From assembly GCF_964355755.1 (NCBI RefSeq), contig NC_092675.1, positions 8,055,812 to 8,119,811 of the forward strand: a DNA stretch of 64,000 nucleotides, given 5' to 3'. The position numbers were made by a program, and so were the translations under genes. The stretch comes from Antedon mediterranea. Lineage: Eukaryota; Animalia; Echinodermata. The notes beneath the pieces are model-generated. The model was not told the origin of the DNA. It searched no databases and worked only from the letters and a program-made list of their open reading frames with translations. Positions 50,810 through 62,530 of the stretch are shown piece after piece. Numbering within the stretch: position 1 is the stretch's first letter; each line of letters starts with the position of its first letter.

Positions 50810-51184
50810 TACTAGCATGGCATTATTGTGATTGATTCTAGGCCTTGGGTAGGTAGGCCTAGAATCAATCACAATAATGCCATGGTGTTAATAGTTATAA
50901 TACAGCTGAGTTGGTGGTCATCATGTCATTCAACATTGACTGACCATGGAGTATACCTCCATGCCATGGACTGACTGAGACAAGCTTTAGACCTCCAAGT
51001 CTACCCAGTGGCGTATCCAGGATTTTGAAGTTGGGGGGGGGGGGGGCAGGAATTGCCAATTTGCCGACAAAATTGGTGTCATTATCTGTACATACACGAC
51101 GTCTCTGATCAATATATGTTCTAGGATTACATAGTCATATTGTCTTATATGGGATAACGATGCAAAATTAAAATATATGATAAA

Positions 51185-54100
51185 ATGGCTAGGGATATTG
51201 ATTTGCCCGAAATACCCGGCGGTATGCCTAAAGATATGATGCTCGAATATTTTCGAATGAAGTTCGAGGCCGAAAACAAAAAGTTAGAATTACAATACCA
51301 ACAAGACCAATTAAAAGCAGATATAGAGCTAAGAAAAATTGAATTACAAGAAAGAGTGAAAATGATGGAATTAGAAAATAGGTCTAGCTACAGTAATGCT
51401 AGGAATATAGTAGATGAAATGAAGGTAAAGGTTCCTACTTTGAAGGAATCAGATGATATTGATATATATATTTTAGAACATTTGAACACTTGGCAGAAGC
51501 CACAGGTTGGGATAAGAATACGTGGTCCGCTAGGTTAGCACCTGAACTGTCTGGTAAAGCTAGGACAGCATATGCATCCTTAACCGTAAAAGAATGTGTG
51601 GATTATGATACCTTAAAGAAGGCAATCTTAGAAAAGTATGATGTGTCCACAGAGACTTACTGATTTAAATTTAGAAATTCAAATAGAGTTAAAGATATGT
51701 CCATCAGGGAATGGCTGAATGAGCTCTCCCATTATTTAAAATGTTGGATGAAATGTGCTAATGTAAAAGAAGATGATGCTGCAGGCATTATTGAAATGAT
51801 TATAATGGAATAGGCACTTGATAAAATGCCTGAAGATCTGAGGCTTTATCTTAGAGATAACCAAGTAAATAAGAGCTATGATATGGCTATGATAGCCGAT
51901 GATTATATAGCTAATAGAGGTGGCCGTGGCTATTGGAATGCCGTAAATTCTGAAAATAAGCCTACGTATTATAAGGGCCAAGAAAATAGTAAACCTAAGA
52001 ATAGTACGACTCAGAATAACCCTGGAGCTAGGCAGCAAGGATACAATAGGTATCGCGGAAGGGAAGGCAAATTCCATAACTATGGTAGAAATTTCCAACA
52101 GAGAGAACCTTCAAATGAATGGATTAATGGCCTAAGCTTTAATTGTAAGGAGAAGGGACATAAAATAGGGGATTGTCCTAAGATGGTAGCAAAAGGAAAG
52201 ACTAGTGACACTAAGAAGGGCCCGAATGTGAAAGATGGCTTAAGATGTGAAGGAATAAAATCAGATAGACCCCAAGTAGTTATGGATAGTGTAGAAAATA
52301 AAATGGAGAAGTGTACAATACCAGGAAAATTAGAAGGACAGGATATAACTATGCTAAGAGACTCGGGATGTACCCAGTCAGCTGTTAAGGAAAGTCTAGT
52401 GCCTAACAAATGTTACTTGCCAGGAAAATTGGTTACGTTAAGAGGTATAGGAGGCGATATTACCGTCCCCTTAGCTGAGGTAGCTATAGAAAGTAAGATA
52501 GTGACAGGAAAAGTGATTGTAGCCGTAATCGAAGGATTACAGAGGGACATGTTATTGGGTCATGATTTGGACCAGAATTGTGGGGAAACAATGGCTAAAG
52601 AAATGTTCGTCCTAACTAGGGAGCAAGCCAGAATAGAAAATGATGTTAGAATACAAGACGAAATGACATTGTTAGGGAAAGATAATAACTTTAAGCCGAT
52701 AGAAGAGCCGCCTAAAGAAACTAATGTACAATTGTTGAAAACAGTAGTAAATGACAACAAAGTAAATAAAACTAAGTGTTTAGATGATATGAATGGAACA
52801 GAAATGAATAATTTGTTTGACGAAAATGAGGATAAAGCTAAAGATAAAACAGTCAAACGTAAAACTTATGAACAACAGCACAAGCTGAACCTAACTAAAC
52901 AAGAACTGATCAAATTGCAAACTAAGGATGACTCACTCAAAGGAGTGTTTGACAGGGTAGTCCCTATAGAAGAAATAGGTCAGGTTTCTTTATGAGACAA
53001 GGTATATTGATGAGAAATTGGAGTAGTATTAAAGATAAGAATAACCAAGTGGAACAGATTGTATTACCCACTCAGTGTAGACAGGGTGTATTACACTTAG
53101 GTCATATTGTGCCATTTGCAGGTCACATGGGTGTTGAGAAAACTAAAAGTAGGGTCCTGAACCAATTCTATTGGCCAGGTATATTTAAAGATGTGGTAGT
53201 CTATTGTAAAGTCTGTAAGGAATGCCAAAAGGTAGATAAGGGTAAAAGTAAAAGGAAACATACTTTGATACCATTACCGATTATAAGTACACCGTTTAAA
53301 CGTATAGCGATAGACATTGTTGGACCCTTATCTAGAACAAGCCGTAATAACAAATATATGCTTACTATAATTGACCATGCTACGAGATACCCGGATGCTA
53401 TCCCGTTACCCAATGTTAGAGCTGAAACAGTAGCCAGGGCTCTAATAGAAGTCTTTACTAGAGTATGATTACCCGAAGAGATTGTACATGATCAAGGAAC
53501 TAATTTCATGTCTTCAATTATGCAATCTATATGTAGTATGTTGGGGATTAATAAATTAAAGACTACAGTGTACCACCCCCAAAGCAATGGGCTTGTTGAA
53601 AGGTTTCACTGTACATTGAAAAATATGATAAGGACACTTACAGTTAAGCAAAGAAAAAATTGGGATAACTACATACCCCCCTTTCTGTTTGCATACAGAG
53701 AAGTTCCTAGTAAAGCGACGGGCCATTCACCTTTTAAATTGCTTTATGGTAGAGAGGTGAGGGGACCCTTGAGTTTACTCAAAAGTAATTGGGTAGAAGA
53801 TGAAGAAACATCTACTGATGTTATCAAATACATGTTAGACATAAGAGAAAAAATGGAGGAATTAATGAAAGATGCTAATGTAAACAAACTTGAACAACAA
53901 GAAATTATGTCCCACAATTATAACAAGAATGCTATTTATAGAGAATTTGTAGAAGGGGACAAAGTGTTGATATTCCTTCCAGTAGGAAATAGTAAGTTAG
54001 ACAGTAAATGGCAAGGCCCCTTCACTGTTACAAAAAAGGTCAATGATGTAAATTATGAAATATACATAGGAGGTAGAAGAAAAGAAAAACAAATTCTACA

Positions 54101-55647
54101 TGGATGTTATGGTATGATAAAGTAGAAATAAGTAAAGATGGTTATTATGTAGTAACAAATGTTCAGTCGATAGAAGAAGTAGACTTAAATGAAACAATCC
54201 ATGACAATGAGTTAGATAGTGAAATAGACATAGGATTGTCTTATCATCAATCACAAACATGGAGAGATGTTAACGTTAGTAGTAATTTAAATGATACACA
54301 AACTAAACAATTAACAGAATTGTTAAAGTACCAACAGAATGTATTCTCGGATGTACCAGGTAGAACTCACTTAGTGACACATGAAATTAAGACTAATGGT
54401 GAAATGCCTATAAGGCATAGGGCATATAGAACGCCCCAAGCATTAAAGGGTAAATTGAAAGAGGAATTAGATACTATGTTGGCTATGGGTATAATAGAAC
54501 CTACAGTTAGTGCCTATGCTGCACCTATTATTGCCGTGAAGAAAGGCCAGAATCAAATTAGAATGGTGACAGATTTTAGATCACTAAATAAGACGACACA
54601 ATTTGACCCTTATGTTATGCCTCGCATAGACGAAATGTTGGATGAGGTATCATCCGCAATATACATAACTACGTTAGATCTAACTAAAGGATTTTACCAG
54701 GTGCCTCTGGATCCTAAGACCAAAGACAAATCAGCATTTATTACACAATTTGGACAGTATTGTTACAATGTACTTCCATTTGGTATGCAAAATAGCTCTA
54801 GTACTTTCCAAAGATTAATGGATAAGGTATTACAAGGTACTGAGGGATATGCTAAGGCATATATAGATGACATATGTATTTATAGTCACTTTTTCATTTG
54901 AATGATGTATTAGAAAGATTAAGTAGTGCTGGATTGACAGCAAAGCCTTTGAAATGTAAAATTGCCTATGCACAGGTAGAATTTCTGGGGCATAAGATTG
55001 GTAATGGAGAAATTAGACCCATGATTGATAAGGTTGAGGCTGTGGAAAAGTTCCCCAGACCTTTGTCTAAGAAACAAGTCCGATCATTTCTCGGATTAAC
55101 TGGCTATTACAGAAAATTTGTACAGAACTATGCCGATATTGCTAAGCCATTGATTGATTTAACTTCAAAGAGTAAAAGTAATACCGTTAAGTGGAATGAA
55201 CAATGTGAAAATGCCTTTGTAACTTTAAAGAAACGACTTACTGATGATAATGTATTAAAAGCCCCAAATTTTGATAAGATGTTTATATTGCAAACCGATG
55301 CCTCAAATTATGGCATAGTTGCAGTGCTGAGCCAAATAGATGGTGAGGGTAATGATTATCCCATTGTGTACTTAAGTAGAAAGTTATCTGTACATGAGCA
55401 GAGATATTCTGTGCCAGAAAAAGAGTGCCTCTCTATTGTTTGGGCTATCAATAAACTTAAGTATTATCTGTATGGTTGTGAATTTCAAGTTCATACTGAC
55501 CACCAGGCATTGAGATGGATGGACTCAATGAAGGGTGCCAATGTTAGACTTATGAGATGGGCTCTGTTTTTACAAGGATATAAATTTAAAGTTATTTACA
55601 AGAAAGGATCATTAAATGGAAATGCAGATGGATTAAGCCGTGCATAA
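51185..55647 (+). pseudogene. Gypsy (Gmr1-like) gag-pol: gag/SCAN-like, zinc knuckle, protease, integrase, RT, RNase H; several stops and frameshifts
   Basis: Degenerate knuckle SFNCKEKGHKIGDC, protease LRDSGC, integrase HHCC with IAIDIVGP/HDQG/NGLVER, RT LDLTKGF...YIDD, RNase H QTDAS...EKEC...TDH...NADGLSR. Integrase precedes RT. Confidence 0.93.
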
Positions 55648-55748
55648 TAATATTATAGAGGTTTTATTTGTAGATAGTTTATAGTAAAATGGTTTTAAAT
55701 GTTAAATTTTTGGAAAGATTGACACAATCTTTTTCCCAAAAAGGGGAA

Positions 55749-56158
55749 TGTCATATTATTTATGTTCTGATTCCCTGTGTTTAGATTAGGATGCTTTAGA
55801 CCAGGTCCGCCTTATATTATTAGCCAATCAAAATCGTATAATTTTTGGAGGGAAAATGTTATCCTCCTCTGAAGCCTAAAATTTGCATGTCCAGTATAAA
55901 AGTGGAATGTAATAGATATTAGAAGGGAAGAGAGAATAAGATCAGAGTAGATAAACGGAAAGATGATAAAGAATATATTAAGGCTTGACTGGTAGTGGTA
56001 GAAAGATGTATTAATCGAATTACAAGGAATAAAAGTTCTAGTTGAGTTAAATATACTTTTTGTATGAGTTATCATTCAGTGACAGTGTACGTCGCGTGGA
56101 GTTATATATATACGCCTGAGAAAGCTCGGAACCAACTAAAATAATCACTAGGCCTACA
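55749..56158 (+). repeat. 3' LTR of the Gypsy element
   Basis: TG...CA ends, preceded by the polypurine tract AAAAAGGGGAA and followed by CCAGA (TSD). Nearly identical to the reverse complement of 59326-59728. Confidence 0.9.
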
Positions 56159-58709
56159 CCAGACAAAAAAAAAAAAATTCTGTTGCAATTTGTTCTAGGT
56201 TCACCCTATTTTTGACTTATCTTTACTTAGGCCGTGTGGCTTAGTTTTTGAGTTTCGTGGTGATCCTCTGGCAGCTACCTCATCTTTTTTAGAATTGTTC
56301 TACACATATATCTTATCATAAAAACCAAACTCGCCAGTGAAAAAAGTTGCACATTAATTAATTAGAACGATTTTAAGATTATTAATTAAAAACATGCGCC
56401 CTCTATTGCCAAAATGTAAAACTCACTTTTCTTTTGCATTATACAATATCTTTGTTTGCCAATAGAGGGCGCATTTTTATAAATTAAATAAGCTCACAAT
56501 ACTGTACATGTCTGTATAGCAAATACAGTAGTAAGACATAGCAGTACCACAGATACTGTATTATATTACATTGGAAGTTGTTGATTTTGTATCAAAACGT
56601 TATAAATTATTATAAAATAGAGTATGTATCAAAACGTTATAAATTATAAAATAGAGTGGAAACGTGATTGAAAAGGATTATTTTATATCAATTTTAAAGA
56701 ACAAACATAAAGATGATTTTTATGTCAATGTATTGTGTGTATAATAATTGTAAAATACTATAGACAACCTTTATTTATATACTCATCACATTTATTAGAG
56801 ACTTGGTAACATAAATACTATATACCAAGTTACAATTATCACAACATTAATACATTTTACTTGGATATTGCATATATTATTACAGGATATTACGAACAGT
56901 TTTTTAAAAACACCATCAAAAAGATATGTTATGTATAGCATGTTAATTTTTTATGATAATATATTTATTAATATTAATATTTATTTCTACACAAATAAAA
57001 GAACATTATTAGGTGAAAATCAATTTAACATGAGTTGCTAAAATGTATAAAGTAATCATAATTAGCATTGCATTACTTACAATATATTGGTAAAAATGGT
57101 GTTAGTAATATTAAAGTACAAGATGTATGGAAAAAAAATCAATAAGTAATAGATATAATATTATATATATTTTTTTTGTAATTTGTTAATGCTATAGAAT
57201 ATTTCCTAATTAAATTATTTTTCCCAGCAATCAAAGGCAGATTTAAACCATTAACTGACTGTTGATCTGAAATTTCTTCTTAGATTGGTAGATACAGTAC
57301 TTACACTCTAAAATAAAAGACAGAATGTTACGAATAAGATGACATGAGTTGTCTGTGATCAGCTGAATTGTGAACTTAACAAGTATAGTAACAGTCCACC
57401 CGATAACAAGGACTATAGTGATAATAATTTTTTATTTTGTATGACAAATATAAAGAAAACATATATGATAACGGAAGTACTGTAGATCATGTTTTTATGT
57501 GAACTGTATGTACTTACACTGTACAGTATATAATATAACTGCAAACTACTTTTTTTTGTCATTGTCACTGAATCTGTATTCAGTATTCTTCAGCTCTTTA
57601 AATTCAAGATGTTGTGGAATTCTTGTTGACTTTCTTAGAAAAAAAAAGAATAACGTTACAAAATAGAGGTAGACTCAGTGGCGTATCCAGTAGGGGGGGG
57701 GGGGGGGCCACTGATTTCGTTTCCGTCGGCACATCATCGCGGTCTATTTATTCTGACAATAATTGAACTGTAAACATAATTCTTTTGAGTGTTTGTTTAT
57801 TTACATATCATATCATCATTGATCCCTTCAGGTCAACTATTTTTTATTTTCATTACATCTAACGAAACACGTAAAAAATGTGTAGCACGTACGTACGGCC
57901 GTACGCGGTAGATTGTTTACTCAAAAGTCTTTGACCTTACCCTAAAACCTTGTTTTTGCATGCAGTTGAGCCTATCATGACCTGGGATTTGAGATTATAT
58001 AGTTCCACATGCCATGTGCTTTTTTGTCTAAGATATATTCATTATAAGTGCCAAAAACTCGTTTTTTTTCTCGATATGAGGCCTTTATTATTCAAATTTT
58101 TTTAAGAAAAAGCACATATACCATAAAAAATATCCATGTATTTCATTTTTGGAACAGAATATTCCGTGAGGCTCAACTACAAAACCACCATTTTGTGATA
58201 TGATGTCATCGTAAGCCAATCAAAGCCGAGATTTCTCGCGATTGGCATTGCTCACGGTTGAATGATTTAGGATTCTAGCTGATTTGATTGGTTGATGCGA
58301 ATCACCCGCAGCGGAATGTTGTGTGTACCATGAATCTCTCTGATCGTTACTACACAAAGTTAGAACAATGCATTTGTCCGAATTCCGTTAAGTAAACAAC
58401 TTTATATATTTTATAAGCATTTAATAACATGTTTTATTGATATTTCCAATGGTGATATATAAAATAAATTACTAAAAAACGTAATTATATGTAATTATTC
58501 TAACCAAAAATGGCGTAGTTAATAGAATTGTCGACTGAGGCCGCAAATTGTTTTACTTCTTTCGTGGCTAAAAACGATCATTTTCGGCGATGTTTTAGAC
58601 CCTATATTTCGAAAACTACAAATCAAATTTTCCTAATTCTTTCTTTATTGTAATATGAATACAACATACTAACAGATAATGTTGGTTTGGTTTCATTGAC
58701 TTGGTCAAC

Positions 58710-59728
58710 CTCTTCTTGGTCAACCATATCTTCCCTAGTATCTTTGTTTGACATAGTCTTATCTATATTTTTACCCGATCTTAAGGTTGTCATGCTAATA
58801 ACAATTTTACTAATGAAATGTGTAAACTTATGTATACAAAATATGTTATAAAAGTATTTGTATTACCTTGATTCCATTCAGATATGTAAAAATATGAAAT
58901 CCACATAAATTTTTAAATGCAATACAATATAAGACATTAATTTACTTCAAAGTCACAAACAACGTTCCAAGTTCGCTCCGTACAAAAACTTACTTTCGAA
59001 ATAAAAAATAGTTTACAAAGTCAGCTTTGCAAATCTTCTCAAAATTTACTGGGCTTCCTTCTGTTACTTCAATCTTCTTCTTTCAGATCTCGGTGAATAT
59101 ATATCTCCGATGAATATCCAGCAGCCTTGAGCTCAACAGTACTTCTTCTTCGTTGTAAAATCCAAACAACGCACGGTATAAAAACTGTCAGGAATCCAGA
59201 TCTTCGTAACCATTTAACTTTTTGGTTACTGATTTAACAGGCCCGTAGAGTAGGCACTGTCACTTCTTCTTCTTCTTGATACTTAAATCATGTATCTTAA
59301 ACAAAAATTTTCACCGCTGCCACCATGTAGTGATATTTTAGTTGGTTCCGAGCTTTCTCAGGCGTATATATATAACTCCACGCGACGTACACTGTCACTG
59401 AATGATAACTCATACAAAAAGTATATTTAACTCAACTAGAACTTTTATTCCTTGTAATTCGATTAATACATCTTTCTACCACTACCAGTCAAGCCTTAAT
59501 ATATTCTTTATCATCTTTCCGTTTATCTACTCTGATCTTATTCTCTCTTCCCTTCTAATATCTATTACGTTCCACTTTTATACTGGACATGCACATTTTA
59601 GGCTTCAGAGGAGGATAACATTTTCCCTCCAAAAATTATACGATTTTGATTGGCTAATAATATAAGGCGGACCTGGTCTAAAGCATCCTAATCTAAACAC
59701 AGGGAATCAGAACATAAATAATATGACA
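58710..59728 (-). mobile_element. Inverted 5' part of the same Gypsy: 5' LTR (59728-59326), tRNA-Leu-type PBS, 5' UTR and gag start
   Basis: The minus strand reads CCAGA|TGTCATATT...CACTACA|TGGTGGCAGCGGTG (PBS). The ATG at 58793 gives MTTLRSGKNIDKTMSNKD, then breaks near 58710. Confidence 0.85.
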
Positions 59729-60789
59729 TCTGGTAAATATGGTTCAAATGAATATCATATCCAAAGTTTACCAAAATCGGACATCGGGAAGTGGGTTAAT
59801 TAGCATAAATTCAAAATGGCCGCCATTTGCTATTTTGAAGCCTCATATCTCTCTAACGGTTGGATTTAGACCACATAAGTGCATTACGAGTAGATATAAA
59901 TGTGATATTAAACATTCTAATTAACATATTTAAATTTCCATCTGACGTACTTATGACGTCATATGGTAGTTGTGACGTCATATATTATGTTATAACTTTG
60001 TTTAAACGACATTATACTATTCGAGCAATTTAGAGAGAAAATGTGTCAATAAAGTGAATATAAAAACATATATTTAAAACATTTTGAGACCAAAATTAAT
60101 TATCTGTGACTAGTGGTTCTCGAGATATAGGGTAATTATGAAAAATGGCCGCCATTTTTAATTATGCAAATTAAGGGCTTAGATGGCCGAATTTCGCTTG
60201 GGATCCGCCATATTCGTAATCAGCGATGTCAAAATATCCTAAATCAAGTGGATCTCAGCTTCTACCCAAAAATGCTTCTTGATTCGTTTTCTAGGCCGTT
60301 TTTTGAGAAATGGAACCTGTCTAAGATCATAACTCCTTCATTCAATGAATAGACTAAGTTTAGTATTCAAATAGTGTGAGTAAATTCCAACATGCATTTA
60401 TTCTAGTAATATTCAGGCACTTATGATGTAATTGTGTAGGTAATTAATTAGGTATTTGTATACTCTAACAAAGTATACAGAGGCTGTTTAGTAGACGTGC
60501 CGTTTGATGTAATAGTCGCAGTCCTCAGAGAGAAACCTTTTTATTAGAGTCGCCTGTTAAGTTGAGGTCGTTACTAAGAATTAGCTTGTATTTTAGAATA
60601 TTATTTACTTTTGTTTCTCATTGTATTTATTTTGTGGTTTTCAGGACCATACTGATCTCTATTGTTATGCTAAGAACAAATTAAAACCAAATACACCACC
60701 GGACCGTGGTAAAAGTGAGAAAAGGCGTGTTTTTCCTTTTGTGTTGTTGTCCACATCCTTACATTAATATTAATGGAAGTGTAGTAGGC

Positions 60790-62290
60790 CTATATGGCAG
60801 TGTCATCAGCATACATAGAAACAGAGCATTTATTTACAGCATTAGGCAAGTCATTAACATAAAGGAGAAACATTAATGGTCCTAGGATGGACCCCTGAGG
60901 AATTCCACATATACTGTGACTTTCATCAGAAAAATCACCATTTACATTGGTTATTATGTACCTGATTATGTAGGTCGTTTTCAAACCACTTAATAACATT
61001 TGAATGAAAATTGAAAGATCTTAGTTTATTGATGAGAATACGGTGATTTACTGTATCGAAAGCCTTTTTCAAGTCTATCATTACTAGCCCAATATAATTT
61101 CCTGTGTCAGGTCTCTGTGATATTAAGCAATGCAGTCGTAGTTGAGTAACCTGGTCTAAACCCAGACTGATTTTCATATAGTATTTTGTTTAGATTTAGG
61201 AAATCATAGACTTGTTCAAATACAACTTTTTCAAGAACTTTCGATAATATTGTGAGAATTGAAATTGGCCTATAGTTATTACATTCGTTTTTATTTCCAC
61301 CTTTATGAAGAGGGCAGATCTTGGCCCTTTTCCATTGTTTTGGAAAAGTTAAATTTTTTAAAGATAAATTAATTATATATGTTATTGGATAAACAATTTC
61401 ATCGATAGCAATTTTTAGAAGATTAGCTGGTATTTCATCAGTTCCAGTTGCTTTTTTTGATGAAAGTGAGTTAAGAAGTTTATGTATGTCTTCTTTATTA
61501 ACATAAATTATTTTAAAATTTAATTTGTCGTTAGTATTATTTATATCATTAGTAAAGTTAGAGAGTTGATTAATAGATTGAATACTTTGAGCTAATGTTG
61601 GACCCACATTGGAAAAATACTTATTTAATACATTTGCAATATCTTTAGAATTAGTTACTTCATCATTTTCTTCATCATTTGTGGTTTTAATACTTGTTAT
61701 ATTCATGCTTTTAGTTTTGCCAGGAATAATTAATTTGATATTTTCCCATATCTTTTTCTGATCTTTTGTATTGAGTTGTTCAGAAAAAAATTTCTTCTTA
61801 CTTTTTCGATGTTCATAATTAACTTGATTTCTTAATTTTCTATATTCAGGCCAAAGCTGAGGCCTAATTTTCTTATTTATTTTTCTTTTTAATGCATCTC
61901 TTCTTCTGATGAGAAGTACAGTATTACATTTTTAGTTAGCCATAGACTGTTTTTTTGGCGAACTCTTTTACGTTTAATGGGTGCATTTTTATTTGCAATA
62001 TTAAGAAAGGTTTTTTGAAAGAAATCAACAGCATCATCAACATCAGTATACTTCTTAATTTCAGCCCAATTTGTATTAATTAAGTCAGTTTTAAATTTAT
62101 TTTCATTAGAATGTTTATAATGTTTTAAATCTATGGTTACTTTTCTCTTTGTATGCTTTTCCAAATTTGATGTAGATAGCGGAGTGGTCACTAAGACCAG
62201 TATGGAGTACACCACTGTTAGTTATTTTTTCTGGCGATGAAACATAAATATGATCAATTAAAGTACTAGAGTGATCTGTAATTCTTTTAA
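60790..62290 (-). mobile_element. Degenerate L2/CR1-type LINE (RT and APE C-terminus)
   Basis: KATGTDEIP, NYRPISIL, NQSGFRPGYST, IDLKKAFDTVNH, GIPQGSILGP and MYADD across frameshifted ORFs. Confidence 0.88.
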
Positions 62291-62296
62291 TTTTAA

Positions 62297-62530
62297 AGAT
62301 GTATTGTCCCTTTGACTAATACAATTTTTTTTTTTTACAATATTTCGAAAAAAAGTGGGTCATTTAGAAGTATCATAATAGTTTTTAACTTTCACCAAAA
62401 ATTAGTCAAGAAAAAATAATTTAACCGAAATACAGACGTTTTTTTGTTCAAAGTCAAAGTTTTCGATCAAAACATATATCATAATGCAACGCGCTTGTTT
62501 GGCTACTCTGTATGCATAATCATAATTATC
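62297..62530. mobile_element. One end of the TTAA MITE family (as 13116-13636), interrupted by a LINE
   Basis: TTAA|AGATGTATTGTCCCTTTGACTAAT..., matching the reverse complement of 13390-13636. Confidence 0.75.

Noticed and set aside
55812-59665. Duplicated 87-aa ORFs (55812-56075 and 59402-59665)
   Set aside because: They are incidental antisense frames inside the two LTR copies.
55749-59728. DIRS-like element or DNA transposon with 400-bp inverted termini
   Set aside because: The repeats have a PPT, PBS, TG...CA ends and a shared CCAGA TSD, so they are ordinary LTRs displaced by inversion. No tyrosine recombinase.
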